Origin: Acidobacteriota bacterium
GTDB taxonomy: Bacteria > Acidobacteriota > UBA6911
Length of the DNA stretch: 64,000 nt
Assembly: GCA_037444305.1 (NCBI GenBank)
Contig: JBBIMP010000029.1
Span: 2,758-66,757 of the forward strand
Direction of reading: 5' to 3'
Below the pieces are notes generated by a model. It was given only the letters and a program-made list of their open reading frames with translations, did not search any database and was not told the DNA's origin. Of this stretch, positions 21,292 through 30,453 are shown piece by piece. The position numbers and the translations under genes are program-made. How positions within the stretch are numbered: position 1 is the stretch's first letter; the number at the start of each line of letters is the position of its first letter.

Positions 21292-22110
21292 TCAGGCGCA
21301 GGGCAGGAAGCGCAGCGGGCGGTTTTTGGCCGTGATCCCCTCTTCGCAGCACAGCCGGTAAAAGCGCTCCAAACCTTCAAGCTCCGGTGTTCCCAAGTCA
21401 TAGTCGATGTTGTCGGTGAGGTAGGCGAGCAGGTCGTCTTCGTCCATCGCAAGCGACTTGGCATAGGCTCGCGCGATTTCCGGCAGGCGGGCAAGCCCAT
21501 AGGCCTTTGCCTCCGCCAGCGCCTGCACTATCGCCTCTGCAGCCGGTGAATCCTCGCGGCACGCCCAGAAAGCGTAGACGAAGGGCCGATCCTGCCAGTC
21601 CTGCCAGGCTTGGCCGAGATCGAGGATCCGATAATCCTCGCTACGCAGCTTGAGCGCTGCATCCCCTATGACCAGTGCGGCATCGCACCGGGACAGCATG
21701 GCCGCAGGTTCGGGGGGGTGAGGGACCAGTTCGGGGCGCACTCCCATGCGTTTCTCCAGGAGAAGCTGGAGCAGGGCCACCGAGGTGCGGGAGCCGGCGT
21801 CCACGGCTACGGAACGAATCGAAGCCCCATCGCGGGGCCTCAGCAGGAGCACGCTCCGGACGGCGCGCCGGGAGGCGATTGCCATTCCCGGCACGATCTT
21901 CAGCCCTGGGATACGCTGGTACTCGATACTGGGGATGAGCCCCACCTGGACCTCGCCCTCCGCCAATTGCTCGGCGCAGCGCGCCGGCGTGGAGGGGAGC
22001 ACTTCCACCCGGTCATGTTGAGGACCGTGGCGGAATGACCACCCCAACGGCGCCGCGTTCAGGTAGTCCACCAGAGAAATTCGGATTTTTCCGCCTTCCT
22101 TCGCCTTCAT
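21292..22110 (-). CDS. mqnA: Menaquinone (futalosine pathway) biosynthesis protein, MqnA/MqnD family.
   Basis: IRISLVDYLNAAPL N-terminus characteristic of the MqnA/MqnD (VitK2_biosynth) periplasmic-binding-like fold. 272 aa. Confidence 0.65.
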   Translation of the reverse strand: MKAKEGGKIRISLVDYLNAAPLGWSFRHGPQHDRVEVLPSTPARCAEQLAEGEVQVGLIPSIEYQRIPGLKIVPGMAIASRRAVRSVLLLRPRDGASIRSVAVDAGSRTSVALLQLLLEKRMGVRPELVPHPPEPAAMLSRCDAALVIGDAALKLRSEDYRILDLGQAWQDWQDRPFVYAFWACREDSPAAEAIVQALAEAKAYGLARLPEIARAYAKSLAMDEDDLLAYLTDNIDYDLGTPELEGLERFYRLCCEEGITAKNRPLRFLPCA

Positions 22111-22124
22111 CGCTGCAGGTCCAT

Positions 22125-22350
22125 ATCTGTTCGGTCGTGCCTGCCGGCCGGGCGCCCACGGCGCCCGGAGCGGCAGCGACGGGTCGCTTCCCTCGATTGG
22201 GTTACCTGACCGCTCACTAGCGTTCGCGGCTCCGTTTGCCGCGTTACCCTCAACACGGCTTTCCTCGGCGGTTCCACGCTGCTATAACTGCCCATCGTGC
22301 CTGCCGGCCGGGAGCTCACAAAGCCCGGAGCGGCAGCGACGGGTCGCATT
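22125..22350 (+). repeat. Copy 3 of the modular interspersed repeat (A-linker-B-C-A).
   Basis: Contains gcccggagcggcagcgacgggtcgc twice, gaccgctcactagcgttcgcggctccgtttgc, and cggctttcctcggcggttccacgctgctataactgcccatcgtgcctgccggccgggag. Confidence 0.7.
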
Positions 22351-22412
22351 CCTCGACTGCAGCGACCCTGCACGGTGAAAAATCTCTCCCCCTGCCGAAA
22401 CATACAGCCTGC

Positions 22413-23603
22413 ATGATTATAAAGAGCCCGGGCGGAAATGAGAACCGCCTTGACGCCGGGTCCGGTTCCGTGAGGAAAGACGAGAAGGAACAGTTGCGCG
22501 ACACAATCGAATTGACTCTGGTGCCCGGCATCGGCTCGGTAACCCAGGGAAGACTCCGGGCGGCCCACCAGGAAATCTCGGGCGTTTTCTCCCTGGCCGG
22601 CAACGCCTTGGCTTCCTACGGGGTGGCCGAAGACGCGAGGTCCGGCATCCGTACGCGGCGTTACAGGGCGGCCGCCGAGGAGATCCTGGACTGGGGGCTG
22701 CGCGAGGGCTGCCTCTTTGTGGTGCGCGGAACTCCGGGCTATCCCCCACTCCTCGAGGAGATCTTCGATCCCCCGCTGCTGCTCTATGGCCGGGGCAATC
22801 CGGAGGCGCTCGCACTCCCCTGCCTTGCCGTCGTCGGCACGCGCCGCCCCACCTGGTACGGCCTGCAGATGGCCGAGGGCCTGGCCTCGGACCTGACCCG
22901 CAGGGGCGTAGCCATCGTCAGCGGCCTAGCCCGGGGGATCGATGCGGCGGCTCACCGCGGCTGCCTGGGTGCGGACGGCAGAACCATCGCGGTGCTGGGT
23001 TGCGGCATCGACATTGTCTACCCCCGGGAGCACGGCGATCTGAGCCGGAGAATCGAGCGGCAGGGGCTGCTGCTCTCGGAGTTCCCGCCGGGCACTTCCC
23101 CCGCTCCCCAGAACTTCCCCGTACGCAACCGGCTCATCAGCGGCCTGTCGCTGGGCGCCCTGATCGTCGAGGCGCGCGAATACAGCGGCTCGCTGATCAC
23201 CGCAAGGCTGGCGCTGGAACAGAACCGGGAGGTCTTCGCCCTTCCGGGCAACCTGACCTCCCCGCAAAGCTTCGGCCCCAACTACCTCATCAAGCAGGGG
23301 GCCAAACTCGTGCAGTCCTGGCAGGACATCGCAGAGGAGTTTCCCAATGAACTGCGGCATACCATCCTCGCGCGGGAGGTTGCCCGAGAGCCCAGGCCGG
23401 CGCTGGAGCTTCTGTCGCCGGACGAAATCCGCATCCTGGACGCGCTGCGGGCCGAAACCGCCACCCACTTCGACAAGATTTTGGCCGCCACCGGCCTCGA
23501 GATCTCGCGCCTCAGCAACCTGTTGTTGAATTTAGAGATGAGCGGCTTTTTACGGCAGGTTCCCGGAAATCTCTTTGTCAAGACCGCCCGCCCGGTTGTA
23601 TAG
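22413..23603 (+). CDS. dprA: DNA-processing protein DprA (Smf).
   Basis: Rossmann-like DprA core (LAVVGTRRPTWYG...IVSGLARGIDAAAH...FPVRNRLISGLS) and a C-terminal winged helix. Start taken at MIIKSPGG, after the repeat. The ORF-track start at 22236 lies inside the repeat. Confidence 0.85.
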   Translation: MIIKSPGGNENRLDAGSGSVRKDEKEQLRDTIELTLVPGIGSVTQGRLRAAHQEISGVFSLAGNALASYGVAEDARSGIRTRRYRAAAEEILDWGLREGCLFVVRGTPGYPPLLEEIFDPPLLLYGRGNPEALALPCLAVVGTRRPTWYGLQMAEGLASDLTRRGVAIVSGLARGIDAAAHRGCLGADGRTIAVLGCGIDIVYPREHGDLSRRIERQGLLLSEFPPGTSPAPQNFPVRNRLISGLSLGALIVEAREYSGSLITARLALEQNREVFALPGNLTSPQSFGPNYLIKQGAKLVQSWQDIAEEFPNELRHTILAREVAREPRPALELLSPDEIRILDALRAETATHFDKILAATGLEISRLSNLLLNLEMSGFLRQVPGNLFVKTARPVV

Positions 23604-23753
23604 ATTTAACTTGGAAACGGGCCAGACCCCCGTTATAGTTTGCGCCCTCCCGGGATTGTTTCCGACGGATTGCGCCGATGATCGCCCCCGGGCAGGGCCG
23701 ATGCTCCGCGTGCCGGATTCAGGATTTGCGGGCCGACAGGTGCGGTCGATACT

Positions 23754-26183
23754 ATGAAAGCGAACGAGAAATCTCTAGTCATTGTCGAGTCCCCGGCCAA
23801 GGCCAGGACCATAAGCAGGTATCTCGGCAAGGGTTTTGCGGTCAAGGCGTCCGTGGGTCACATCAAGGACCTGCCCAAGAGCAAGCTGTCGGTGGACGTC
23901 GACAACGATTTCGCCCCGCACTACGCCGTCATCCCGGCAAAGAAAAAGGTCGTGAAAGAGCTTCAGAGGGCCGCGAAGGGGACCACGGCCATTTATCTGG
24001 CAGCCGACCCGGACCGCGAGGGAGAGGCAATCTGCCAGCACCTGGCGGAAGAACTTGCGGGCAAGGACCGAAACATCTACCGGGTTCTCTTTCACGAAAT
24101 CACCGAAAAGGCCATCCGGGCGGCTTTTGAAAAGCCCGGACAGATCAACACCCGCAAAGTGGACGCTCAACTGGCGCGCCGGATCCTGGACCGGCTCGTG
24201 GGTTACAAGATCAGCCCGCTCCTTTGGGAGAAAGTGCGCCGGGGCCTGTCGGCCGGAAGGGTGCAGACCGTGGCGCTGAGGATGATCGTGGAGCGCGAAA
24301 AGGAAATCCGAGCGTTTCTGCCGGAGGAGTACTGGAACCTCTCCGCCCTGCTGCTGGGCAACACGCCGCCCGAATTCAAGGCCAGGGCCCACAACCTCGA
24401 CGGGGAAAAATGGCAGGTAAGTGACGGCGAAACCGCTCGAGCGCTCGAGGAGGAGCTGAAGTCCGTCCCGTTTGTCGTCCGCAAGGTCCACCGCCGCGAG
24501 AAAAAGCGCTACCCCATCCCGCCGTTCATCACCAGCAAGCTGCAGCAGGATGCTGCCCGGCGGCTCGGTTTCTCGGTCAAGAAGACGATGACGCTGGCGC
24601 AGCGGCTGTACGAAGGGATCGAAATCGGCGACCGGGGACCGGCAGGCCTGATCACCTACATGAGAACCGACTCCACGCGCGTGGCCGAGGATGCCCTGCA
24701 CCAAGTGCGCGACCTCATCCTCAGGAACCACGGCGAGGCGTACCTGCCGCACCACCCGATCTACTACAAGTCCGGCAAGGCGGCGCAGGGGGCCCACGAA
24801 GCAATCCGCCCCACTTCACTCGACCTTCCTCCGGCAAAAGTGGAAGGCCTGCTCGAACCGGACCTGCAGAAGCTTTACACTCTGATCTGGAACAGGTTCG
24901 TCGCCTCCCAGATGAATCCCGCCATCTTCGATCAGACCGATGTGCAAATCGAGGCGGGCAGGGTCGGGTTCAAAGCGACCGGCTCGATTCTCAAGTTCGA
25001 CGGCTTCCTGGCCGTCTACCAGGAAGCCAGGTCGGAGGAGCAGCGGTTGGCCGAGGCCGAAAGGGAGGGGGAAGGCCTCCTGCCTCAACTATCGGAGGGC
25101 GACCGGCTGGAATTGCGGAAACTGGATGCCACGCAGCATTTCACGCAGCCGCCGCCCCGCTACAACGAGGCCAGCCTGGTCAAGGCCCTGGAGACGCGGG
25201 GCATCGGCCGCCCCAGCACCTATGCTTCCATCCTCGCAACGATACAGAGCCGCGAGTACGTCGCCAAAACCGACGGCAGGTTCCTGCCCACCGAAACCGG
25301 CGAGGTGGTCGTGGATCTGCTGGTGGAGAGCTTCCACGAGCTCTTCGACTACGAATACACGGCCAGAATGGAGGGCCACCTGGACCGCATCGAGTCGGGC
25401 CGGGAAGGCTGGGTGGAGACGCTGCGGGAATTCTACGACAAGTTCGCCCAAAAGCTCGAGGTCGCCAAGAAGGAGATGAAGGCGATCAAGCGGGAGGAAA
25501 TCCCCACCGACGAGGCCTGCGAGAAGTGCGGCAAGAACATGGTCATTAAGTGGGGGCGCTTCGGGCGCTTCATGGCCTGCTCCGGCTACCCCGACTGCAA
25601 GAACACGAAGGAAATCTTCAAAAACGGGGCCGAGGAGGGGGACGAGAGCTCGGCGGCGCTGGAGGAAATCCAGTGCGAGAAGTGCGGCAGCCCAATGGTT
25701 CTCAAACGGGGCCGCTTTGGCGAGTTCATGGCCTGCTCCGCCTATCCGGAGTGCCGCAACACCAGGCGGATCCACAAGTCCGCGGGCAGCCTGGAGGTCA
25801 AGCGGGACATACCGCTGGATGAGACGTGCCCGCAGTGCGGCAGAAACCTGGCCCTGAAGCACGGACGCTTCGGAGAGTACACGGCCTGTTCCGGCTATCC
25901 CGACTGCAAGTACATCAAGCACAAGACCACGGGCGTGGCCTGCGGCAAAAACTGCGGGGGCGAGGTGGTGGAGAGAAAATCGCGCCGCGGGAAGGTCTTC
26001 TTCGGCTGCTCCCGATATCCCGATTGCGACTTCGTGCTCTGGCACCGACCGCTGCCCGAGCCCTGCCCGGAGTGCGAAGCGCCCTACACGCTGTACAAGA
26101 CCACCAAGCGCACCGGGCCGATACGCTATTGCGCCGGGGAAGAATGCAGCTTCAAAGAGCCTCTGGACAACTCCGATTCATGA
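23754..26183 (+). CDS. topA: DNA topoisomerase I.
   Basis: Toprim start MKANEKSLVIVESPAKARTISRYLG, an active-site Tyr region, and four C-terminal C4 zinc ribbons (CEKCGKNM..., CEKCGSPM..., CPQCGRNL..., CGKNCGGE...). Confidence 0.9.
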   Translation: MKANEKSLVIVESPAKARTISRYLGKGFAVKASVGHIKDLPKSKLSVDVDNDFAPHYAVIPAKKKVVKELQRAAKGTTAIYLAADPDREGEAICQHLAEELAGKDRNIYRVLFHEITEKAIRAAFEKPGQINTRKVDAQLARRILDRLVGYKISPLLWEKVRRGLSAGRVQTVALRMIVEREKEIRAFLPEEYWNLSALLLGNTPPEFKARAHNLDGEKWQVSDGETARALEEELKSVPFVVRKVHRREKKRYPIPPFITSKLQQDAARRLGFSVKKTMTLAQRLYEGIEIGDRGPAGLITYMRTDSTRVAEDALHQVRDLILRNHGEAYLPHHPIYYKSGKAAQGAHEAIRPTSLDLPPAKVEGLLEPDLQKLYTLIWNRFVASQMNPAIFDQTDVQIEAGRVGFKATGSILKFDGFLAVYQEARSEEQRLAEAEREGEGLLPQLSEGDRLELRKLDATQHFTQPPPRYNEASLVKALETRGIGRPSTYASILATIQSREYVAKTDGRFLPTETGEVVVDLLVESFHELFDYEYTARMEGHLDRIESGREGWVETLREFYDKFAQKLEVAKKEMKAIKREEIPTDEACEKCGKNMVIKWGRFGRFMACSGYPDCKNTKEIFKNGAEEGDESSAALEEIQCEKCGSPMVLKRGRFGEFMACSAYPECRNTRRIHKSAGSLEVKRDIPLDETCPQCGRNLALKHGRFGEYTACSGYPDCKYIKHKTTGVACGKNCGGEVVERKSRRGKVFFGCSRYPDCDFVLWHRPLPEPCPECEAPYTLYKTTKRTGPIRYCAGEECSFKEPLDNSDS

Positions 26184-26227
26184 GGCGGCAAATCTCGGCT
26201 TCTACCATATAGAGACTTTATAAAAGG

Positions 26228-26306
26228 CCGCGGATTTCACTGATTACACGGACTAACGCGGCCGGCCGCCAGAGAATTGTCCGTGTAATCAGTGAAATCC
26301 GTGGCT
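26228..26306. terminator. CACGGAT-family palindromic element between convergent topA and the M28 peptidase gene. Likely a bidirectional terminator.
   Basis: Arms ccgcggatttcactgattacacggac and gtccgtgtaatcagtgaaatccgtgg with a spacer of about 25 nt. Confidence 0.5.
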
Positions 26307-26337
26307 GGAGAAAGAGCCGCAACTCCTGTGGGAATGC

Positions 26338-27249
26338 CTATTTGGCGAAGCGCTCCTGAAGCTTGCCCAGCACCGCGATCACGAGCCTCCCGACCTTTTC
26401 CAGGCTGGCCGCGCTCAGCTTGTCCAGAGTGTCCTGCTCCGTGTGCCAGAAAGAGTTTCCGGGCCCGTACTCCAGGTCGATGATATCCACTGCGGGCACG
26501 CCGGCCGCCAGAAACGGCAGGTGGTCATCCTCGATGGCCGCCCTGTATGTGGAGAGGATGTCCTGCATCCCGATTTCGACCGCAGTTCTCCAGACCATCT
26601 CCATGAGCCAGGGCGTCGAGTTCATGTCCCGCAGGATGCCAAGGTCGCGGTCGCCGATCATATCCAGCAGAATCAGGGCCTTGATCCGGCTCAGCACCCC
26701 TTCTTCCTTCCATCGCTTTGCCAGGTGCCGGCTGCCATAGAGGCTGTCGAACGTGCTCCATTCGATGAAGGCCTCCTCACCGTCGAAGAAGATGAACCAG
26801 TAGTCCAGCCCGTCCTTGCTTTCGGCCAGGACCCTGGCCAATTCCAGCAGCAGCCCCGTGCTGCTGCCGGCATCGTTGGCGCCGACAAACCGGATCCCTT
26901 CCATGAGCTTCGTTTCATAGTGAGTGGCCAGGGCGATGACCCCCTTGTCCCCTGCACCTTTGCGCGCTATCAGGTTGTGCATGGGAATCGGGCCATACGG
27001 GGTTTGAGCAGTGAATGCGTCATCCTCGACCTGGTAGCCGAAGCCCTCCAGTTCGCCCCGGATCCAGTTCCGGCACTGTTTCAACTCCTCGGAGCCGGAG
27101 GGGCGGGGGCCGAATTCCACCTGCTTGCGGACGTATTCCAGCGCCCTCTCCCCGCTGAGCGATTCGGCCAGTTTCGCGGTGCCCGGGGACTGCGCGCAGG
27201 CGGAAGTGAGAAAGAAGAGCAGCATCAGGGCGGACGTCGCATGAAGCAT
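26338..27249 (-). CDS. M28 family zinc peptidase, secreted.
   Basis: Signal peptide MLHATSALMLLFFLTSACA. HYETK...DDAGSSTG...FFDGEE metal-binding motifs. Confidence 0.8.
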   Translation of the reverse strand: MLHATSALMLLFFLTSACAQSPGTAKLAESLSGERALEYVRKQVEFGPRPSGSEELKQCRNWIRGELEGFGYQVEDDAFTAQTPYGPIPMHNLIARKGAGDKGVIALATHYETKLMEGIRFVGANDAGSSTGLLLELARVLAESKDGLDYWFIFFDGEEAFIEWSTFDSLYGSRHLAKRWKEEGVLSRIKALILLDMIGDRDLGILRDMNSTPWLMEMVWRTAVEIGMQDILSTYRAAIEDDHLPFLAAGVPAVDIIDLEYGPGNSFWHTEQDTLDKLSAASLEKVGRLVIAVLGKLQERFAK

Positions 27250-27475
27250 GTTCCCTCCAAGGCAAGGTTCCGCCGCAGTATATTACAAATCGCCGCTGCG
27301 GCATAAGAATCCGACCGGCAATCAGAAATGGCAGAAGGAGTGGCCTTCATCCGTTCCGGCGAGAATTCTCGGCGTGTCGGAAGGCTGCCCCTTACCAATA
27401 AGACAGAGGCGCACACGGCGGATTTGGATTCGGCCAAGGACACGGGCACCGCCCGAATCCATAGGGTGTTCGGTT

Positions 27476-27504
27476 GGTTGCGGCCAAAAGGGGCCTGTGG
27501 TAGT
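27476..27504 (+). promoter_or_regulatory. Sigma-70-like promoter TTGCGG-17-TAGTAT (with TG extended -10) upstream of the EF-G paralog.
   Basis: ttgcggccaaaaggggcctgtggtagtat. A 5'UTR of about 55 nt follows, then AAAGGA and ATG at 27559. Confidence 0.45.
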
Positions 27505-27558
27505 ATCCTTTTCTTTTTTGGTCCGAGCATTCCTGGCACTCCTGAAAGGAGCCGTTTG

Positions 27559-29649
27559 ATGAAGGTTTACAACAGCGACGCGATTCGTAACATCGGCATT
27601 ATCGGCCACGGAACATCCGGCAAAACCTCCCTGACGGCCGCCATGCTGTTCAACTCGGGCGCCGTCAACCGGCTGGCCCGCGTGGACGACGGAAACACCG
27701 TCACCGACTGGGAAGACGAGGAGATCGACAGAAAGATAAGCATCACCAGCGCGCTGGCCCACTGCGAGTGGAACAAGCACAAGGTGAACATCCTCGACAC
27801 CCCGGGATACAGGCCGTTCCTCACGGATACGAAGCTCGCGTTGCGCGCGGCGGATGCTGCGGTGGTGGTCGTGGATGCCGTGGCGGGGGTGGAAGTCCAG
27901 ACAGAGAAGGTCTGGGAGTATGCCGACGAATTCAACCTTCCCCGGATCATCGTCCTGAACAAGATGGACCGCGACAACGCCAGCTTCGAGCGGGCCATGA
28001 ACTCGATCGAGGAGCTTTTCGGGCGCGCGGCTGTCCCCGTGCAGCTCGCCATCGGCGCGGAACGGGAATTCGCCGGCGTGATCGACCTTCTGGCCAACAA
28101 GGCCTTTGTCTACGAACGGGACGGTTCGGGCAAGTTCAAGGAATCCGAAGTCCCGGAGAACTACCGCGAGCAGGTGCAGGAGGAGCGGGAGAAGCTCATC
28201 GAGCGGGTCGCCGAGGGGAGCGACGAGCTGATGGAGAAGTTCTTCGCCGAGGGGACGCTCGAGGCGCAGGACCTGATCAAGGGCCTGAAAAAGAGCGTGT
28301 TCGACCGGAGCATCGTGCCCGTGCTGATCAGCAGCGCCACGCTGAATGTGGGGGTGTCGCAACTGCTCAACGCCATCGTGGAACTCCTCCCATCCCCCGC
28401 GGCGGTGGCGAAGGCCGCGGGCCTCAATCCCAAGACGCAGGAGGCTGCCGAGCGGGCCATCGACACCCAGGAGCCTTACGCGGCTTACGTTTTCAAGACC
28501 ATCGCAGATCCCTTCACAGGCCGGATCAGCATCGTCCGGCTCTACTCCGGCGTTATGCGTTCCGACACCACGTACCACAACCAGACCAAGGGAAAAACGG
28601 AAAAGTTCGGTCCCATCCAGCTGCTGCAGGGCAAGACCATGACCCCCGCGGGCGAAGTGCACGCCGGCGACTTCTTCGCCGTGGCGAAGCTCAAGGAGAC
28701 CACCACCGGGGACACACTCTGCGACCCGGCAAGCCCGATTGTCTTTCCGGCGGTGGAGATCCCGGAAGCCTCGATCAGCTTCGCCATCGAACCCAAGAGC
28801 CGCGGCGACGAAGACAAGATCAGCAACGCCCTGGCACGGATCGCCGAGGAAGATCCGGCCATCAAATACAACCGGGACGCCCAGACAAAGCAGCTGCTGC
28901 TCTCCGGCTCGGGGCAGCTGCACGTGGAGGTGACCGTCTCCAAGCTGCGCAAGCGCTACGGCGTGGAGGTGATCCTCAAGACGCCCAAGATCCCGTACCG
29001 GGAGACCATCCGGGGGAAGGCCGACGTCCAGGGGCGGCACAAGAAGCAGACCGGAGGGCACGGGCAGTTCGGCGACTGCTGGATCCGGATGGAACCGCTT
29101 CCGCGGGGCGGCAACTTCGAATTCGTGGACGAGATTTTCGGCGGCTCCATCCCGCGGAACTTTATTCCGGCTGTGGAGAAAGGGATCATCGAGTCGGCCG
29201 CCCGCGGATTCCTGGCCGGCTTCCCGGTCGTGGATTTCAGGGTCATCCTGTACGACGGCAGCTACCACCCGGTGGATTCATCGGAGCTGGCGTTCAAGCT
29301 TGCCGCCAGCCTCGCCTTCAAGAAGGCCATGCAGGAGGCCGAACCCATCCTGCTGGAACCGATCATGAACGTGGAGATCTACGCCCCGCAGGAATACGCG
29401 GGCGATCTCATGGGCGACCTGACTTCCCGACGCGGCAGGCTGCAGGGGATGGACATCAAGCGCGACATGCAGGTCATCAAGGCGCAGGTCCCGATGGCTG
29501 AGATGGTCACCTACGCCCCGGTCCTCACGTCGATGACCGGAGGCAGGGGCAACTACCACATGGAGTTTTCGCACTACGACGAGGTCCCCGCCCACGTGAG
29601 CCAGAAGATCATCGAGGAAGCCCTCAAGGAAAAGCAGGAAGAGGAATAG
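27559..29649 (+). CDS. Elongation factor G family GTPase (EF-G paralog with non-canonical G1 motif).
   Basis: 696 aa. G1 reads GIIGHGTSGKTS instead of AHIDAGKT. DTPGYRPF (G3) and NKMD (G4). EF-G domains II-V are recognisable. It is not flanked by rpsL/rpsG/tuf. Confidence 0.8.
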   Translation: MKVYNSDAIRNIGIIGHGTSGKTSLTAAMLFNSGAVNRLARVDDGNTVTDWEDEEIDRKISITSALAHCEWNKHKVNILDTPGYRPFLTDTKLALRAADAAVVVVDAVAGVEVQTEKVWEYADEFNLPRIIVLNKMDRDNASFERAMNSIEELFGRAAVPVQLAIGAEREFAGVIDLLANKAFVYERDGSGKFKESEVPENYREQVQEEREKLIERVAEGSDELMEKFFAEGTLEAQDLIKGLKKSVFDRSIVPVLISSATLNVGVSQLLNAIVELLPSPAAVAKAAGLNPKTQEAAERAIDTQEPYAAYVFKTIADPFTGRISIVRLYSGVMRSDTTYHNQTKGKTEKFGPIQLLQGKTMTPAGEVHAGDFFAVAKLKETTTGDTLCDPASPIVFPAVEIPEASISFAIEPKSRGDEDKISNALARIAEEDPAIKYNRDAQTKQLLLSGSGQLHVEVTVSKLRKRYGVEVILKTPKIPYRETIRGKADVQGRHKKQTGGHGQFGDCWIRMEPLPRGGNFEFVDEIFGGSIPRNFIPAVEKGIIESAARGFLAGFPVVDFRVILYDGSYHPVDSSELAFKLAASLAFKKAMQEAEPILLEPIMNVEIYAPQEYAGDLMGDLTSRRGRLQGMDIKRDMQVIKAQVPMAEMVTYAPVLTSMTGGRGNYHMEFSHYDEVPAHVSQKIIEEALKEKQEEE

Positions 29650-29658
29650 AGAGATCCC

Positions 29659-30453
29659 ATGTACCCAAAGATCCTGGACCTCGGCCCCGTTACCATCCAC
29701 ACCTACGGACTGCTGCTCGCCCTGGCCTTCATCGCCGGGATCTGGCTCACCAGCCGCAACGCGCGCAGGGAAGGTCTGAACCCGGACGCCATCTGGAACC
29801 TGGGCCTGATCGTCATTTTCTCCGCCCTGGTCGGGGCCAAGGTGCTGCTCTTCCTCTCGGACTTCTCCTACTACTCCGAAAACCCGCGCGAGATATTTTC
29901 GCTTTCGACGCTGCGCGCCACCGGCGTTTTCTACGGGGGGCTGATCCTCGCGCTGCTCGCCTCCGCCTGGTATCTCCGTCGAAGCGGCCTCCCCGGATGG
30001 AAGGTGGCGGACCTGGCGGCGCCCGGCATCGCGCTCGGCCATGCCATCGGCAGGATCGGCTGCCTTTCGGCCGGCTGCTGCTACGGCAAGGCGACCGGCC
30101 TCCCCTGGGGCATCACGTTCACCAGCCAGTATGCCTACGACAACGTGGGGGTCCCACTGCACAGCCCCCTCCACCCCACTCAGCTCTACGAATCCGCCGC
30201 CACCTTCGGCCTGTTCCTCTACCTCATGTTCCGCCTCTCGCGGAAGCACTTCACCGGCCAGATCCTGCTGGAATACCTGATCATTTACGGCGGGCTCCGC
30301 TTCCTGCTCGAATTCTTCCGGGACGATGAGCGCGGGTTCCTCTTCCGCGGCCTGCTGTCCACCTCGCAGTTCATCGCGCTCCTGCTGGTGCTGGGAGCCA
30401 CTGCAGCCTTCTTAGTCCTGCGGGGGCGGAAGGCCGAAGCGCAGCAGACTTGA
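29659..30453 (+). CDS. lgt: Prolipoprotein diacylglyceryl transferase.
   Basis: Polytopic membrane protein, 264 aa, with the Lgt signature region GRIGCLSAGCCYGK and conserved Y/H/R residues. Confidence 0.85.
   Translation: MYPKILDLGPVTIHTYGLLLALAFIAGIWLTSRNARREGLNPDAIWNLGLIVIFSALVGAKVLLFLSDFSYYSENPREIFSLSTLRATGVFYGGLILALLASAWYLRRSGLPGWKVADLAAPGIALGHAIGRIGCLSAGCCYGKATGLPWGITFTSQYAYDNVGVPLHSPLHPTQLYESAATFGLFLYLMFRLSRKHFTGQILLEYLIIYGGLRFLLEFFRDDERGFLFRGLLSTSQFIALLLVLGATAAFLVLRGRKAEAQQT

Noticed and set aside
22236-22412. N-terminal extension of dprA (MPRYPQHGFPRRFHAA...).
   Set aside because: The extension is encoded by the interspersed repeat, and the same peptide appears in another spurious ORF at 31560-31613 (minus strand). 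The true dprA start is taken after the repeat at 22413.
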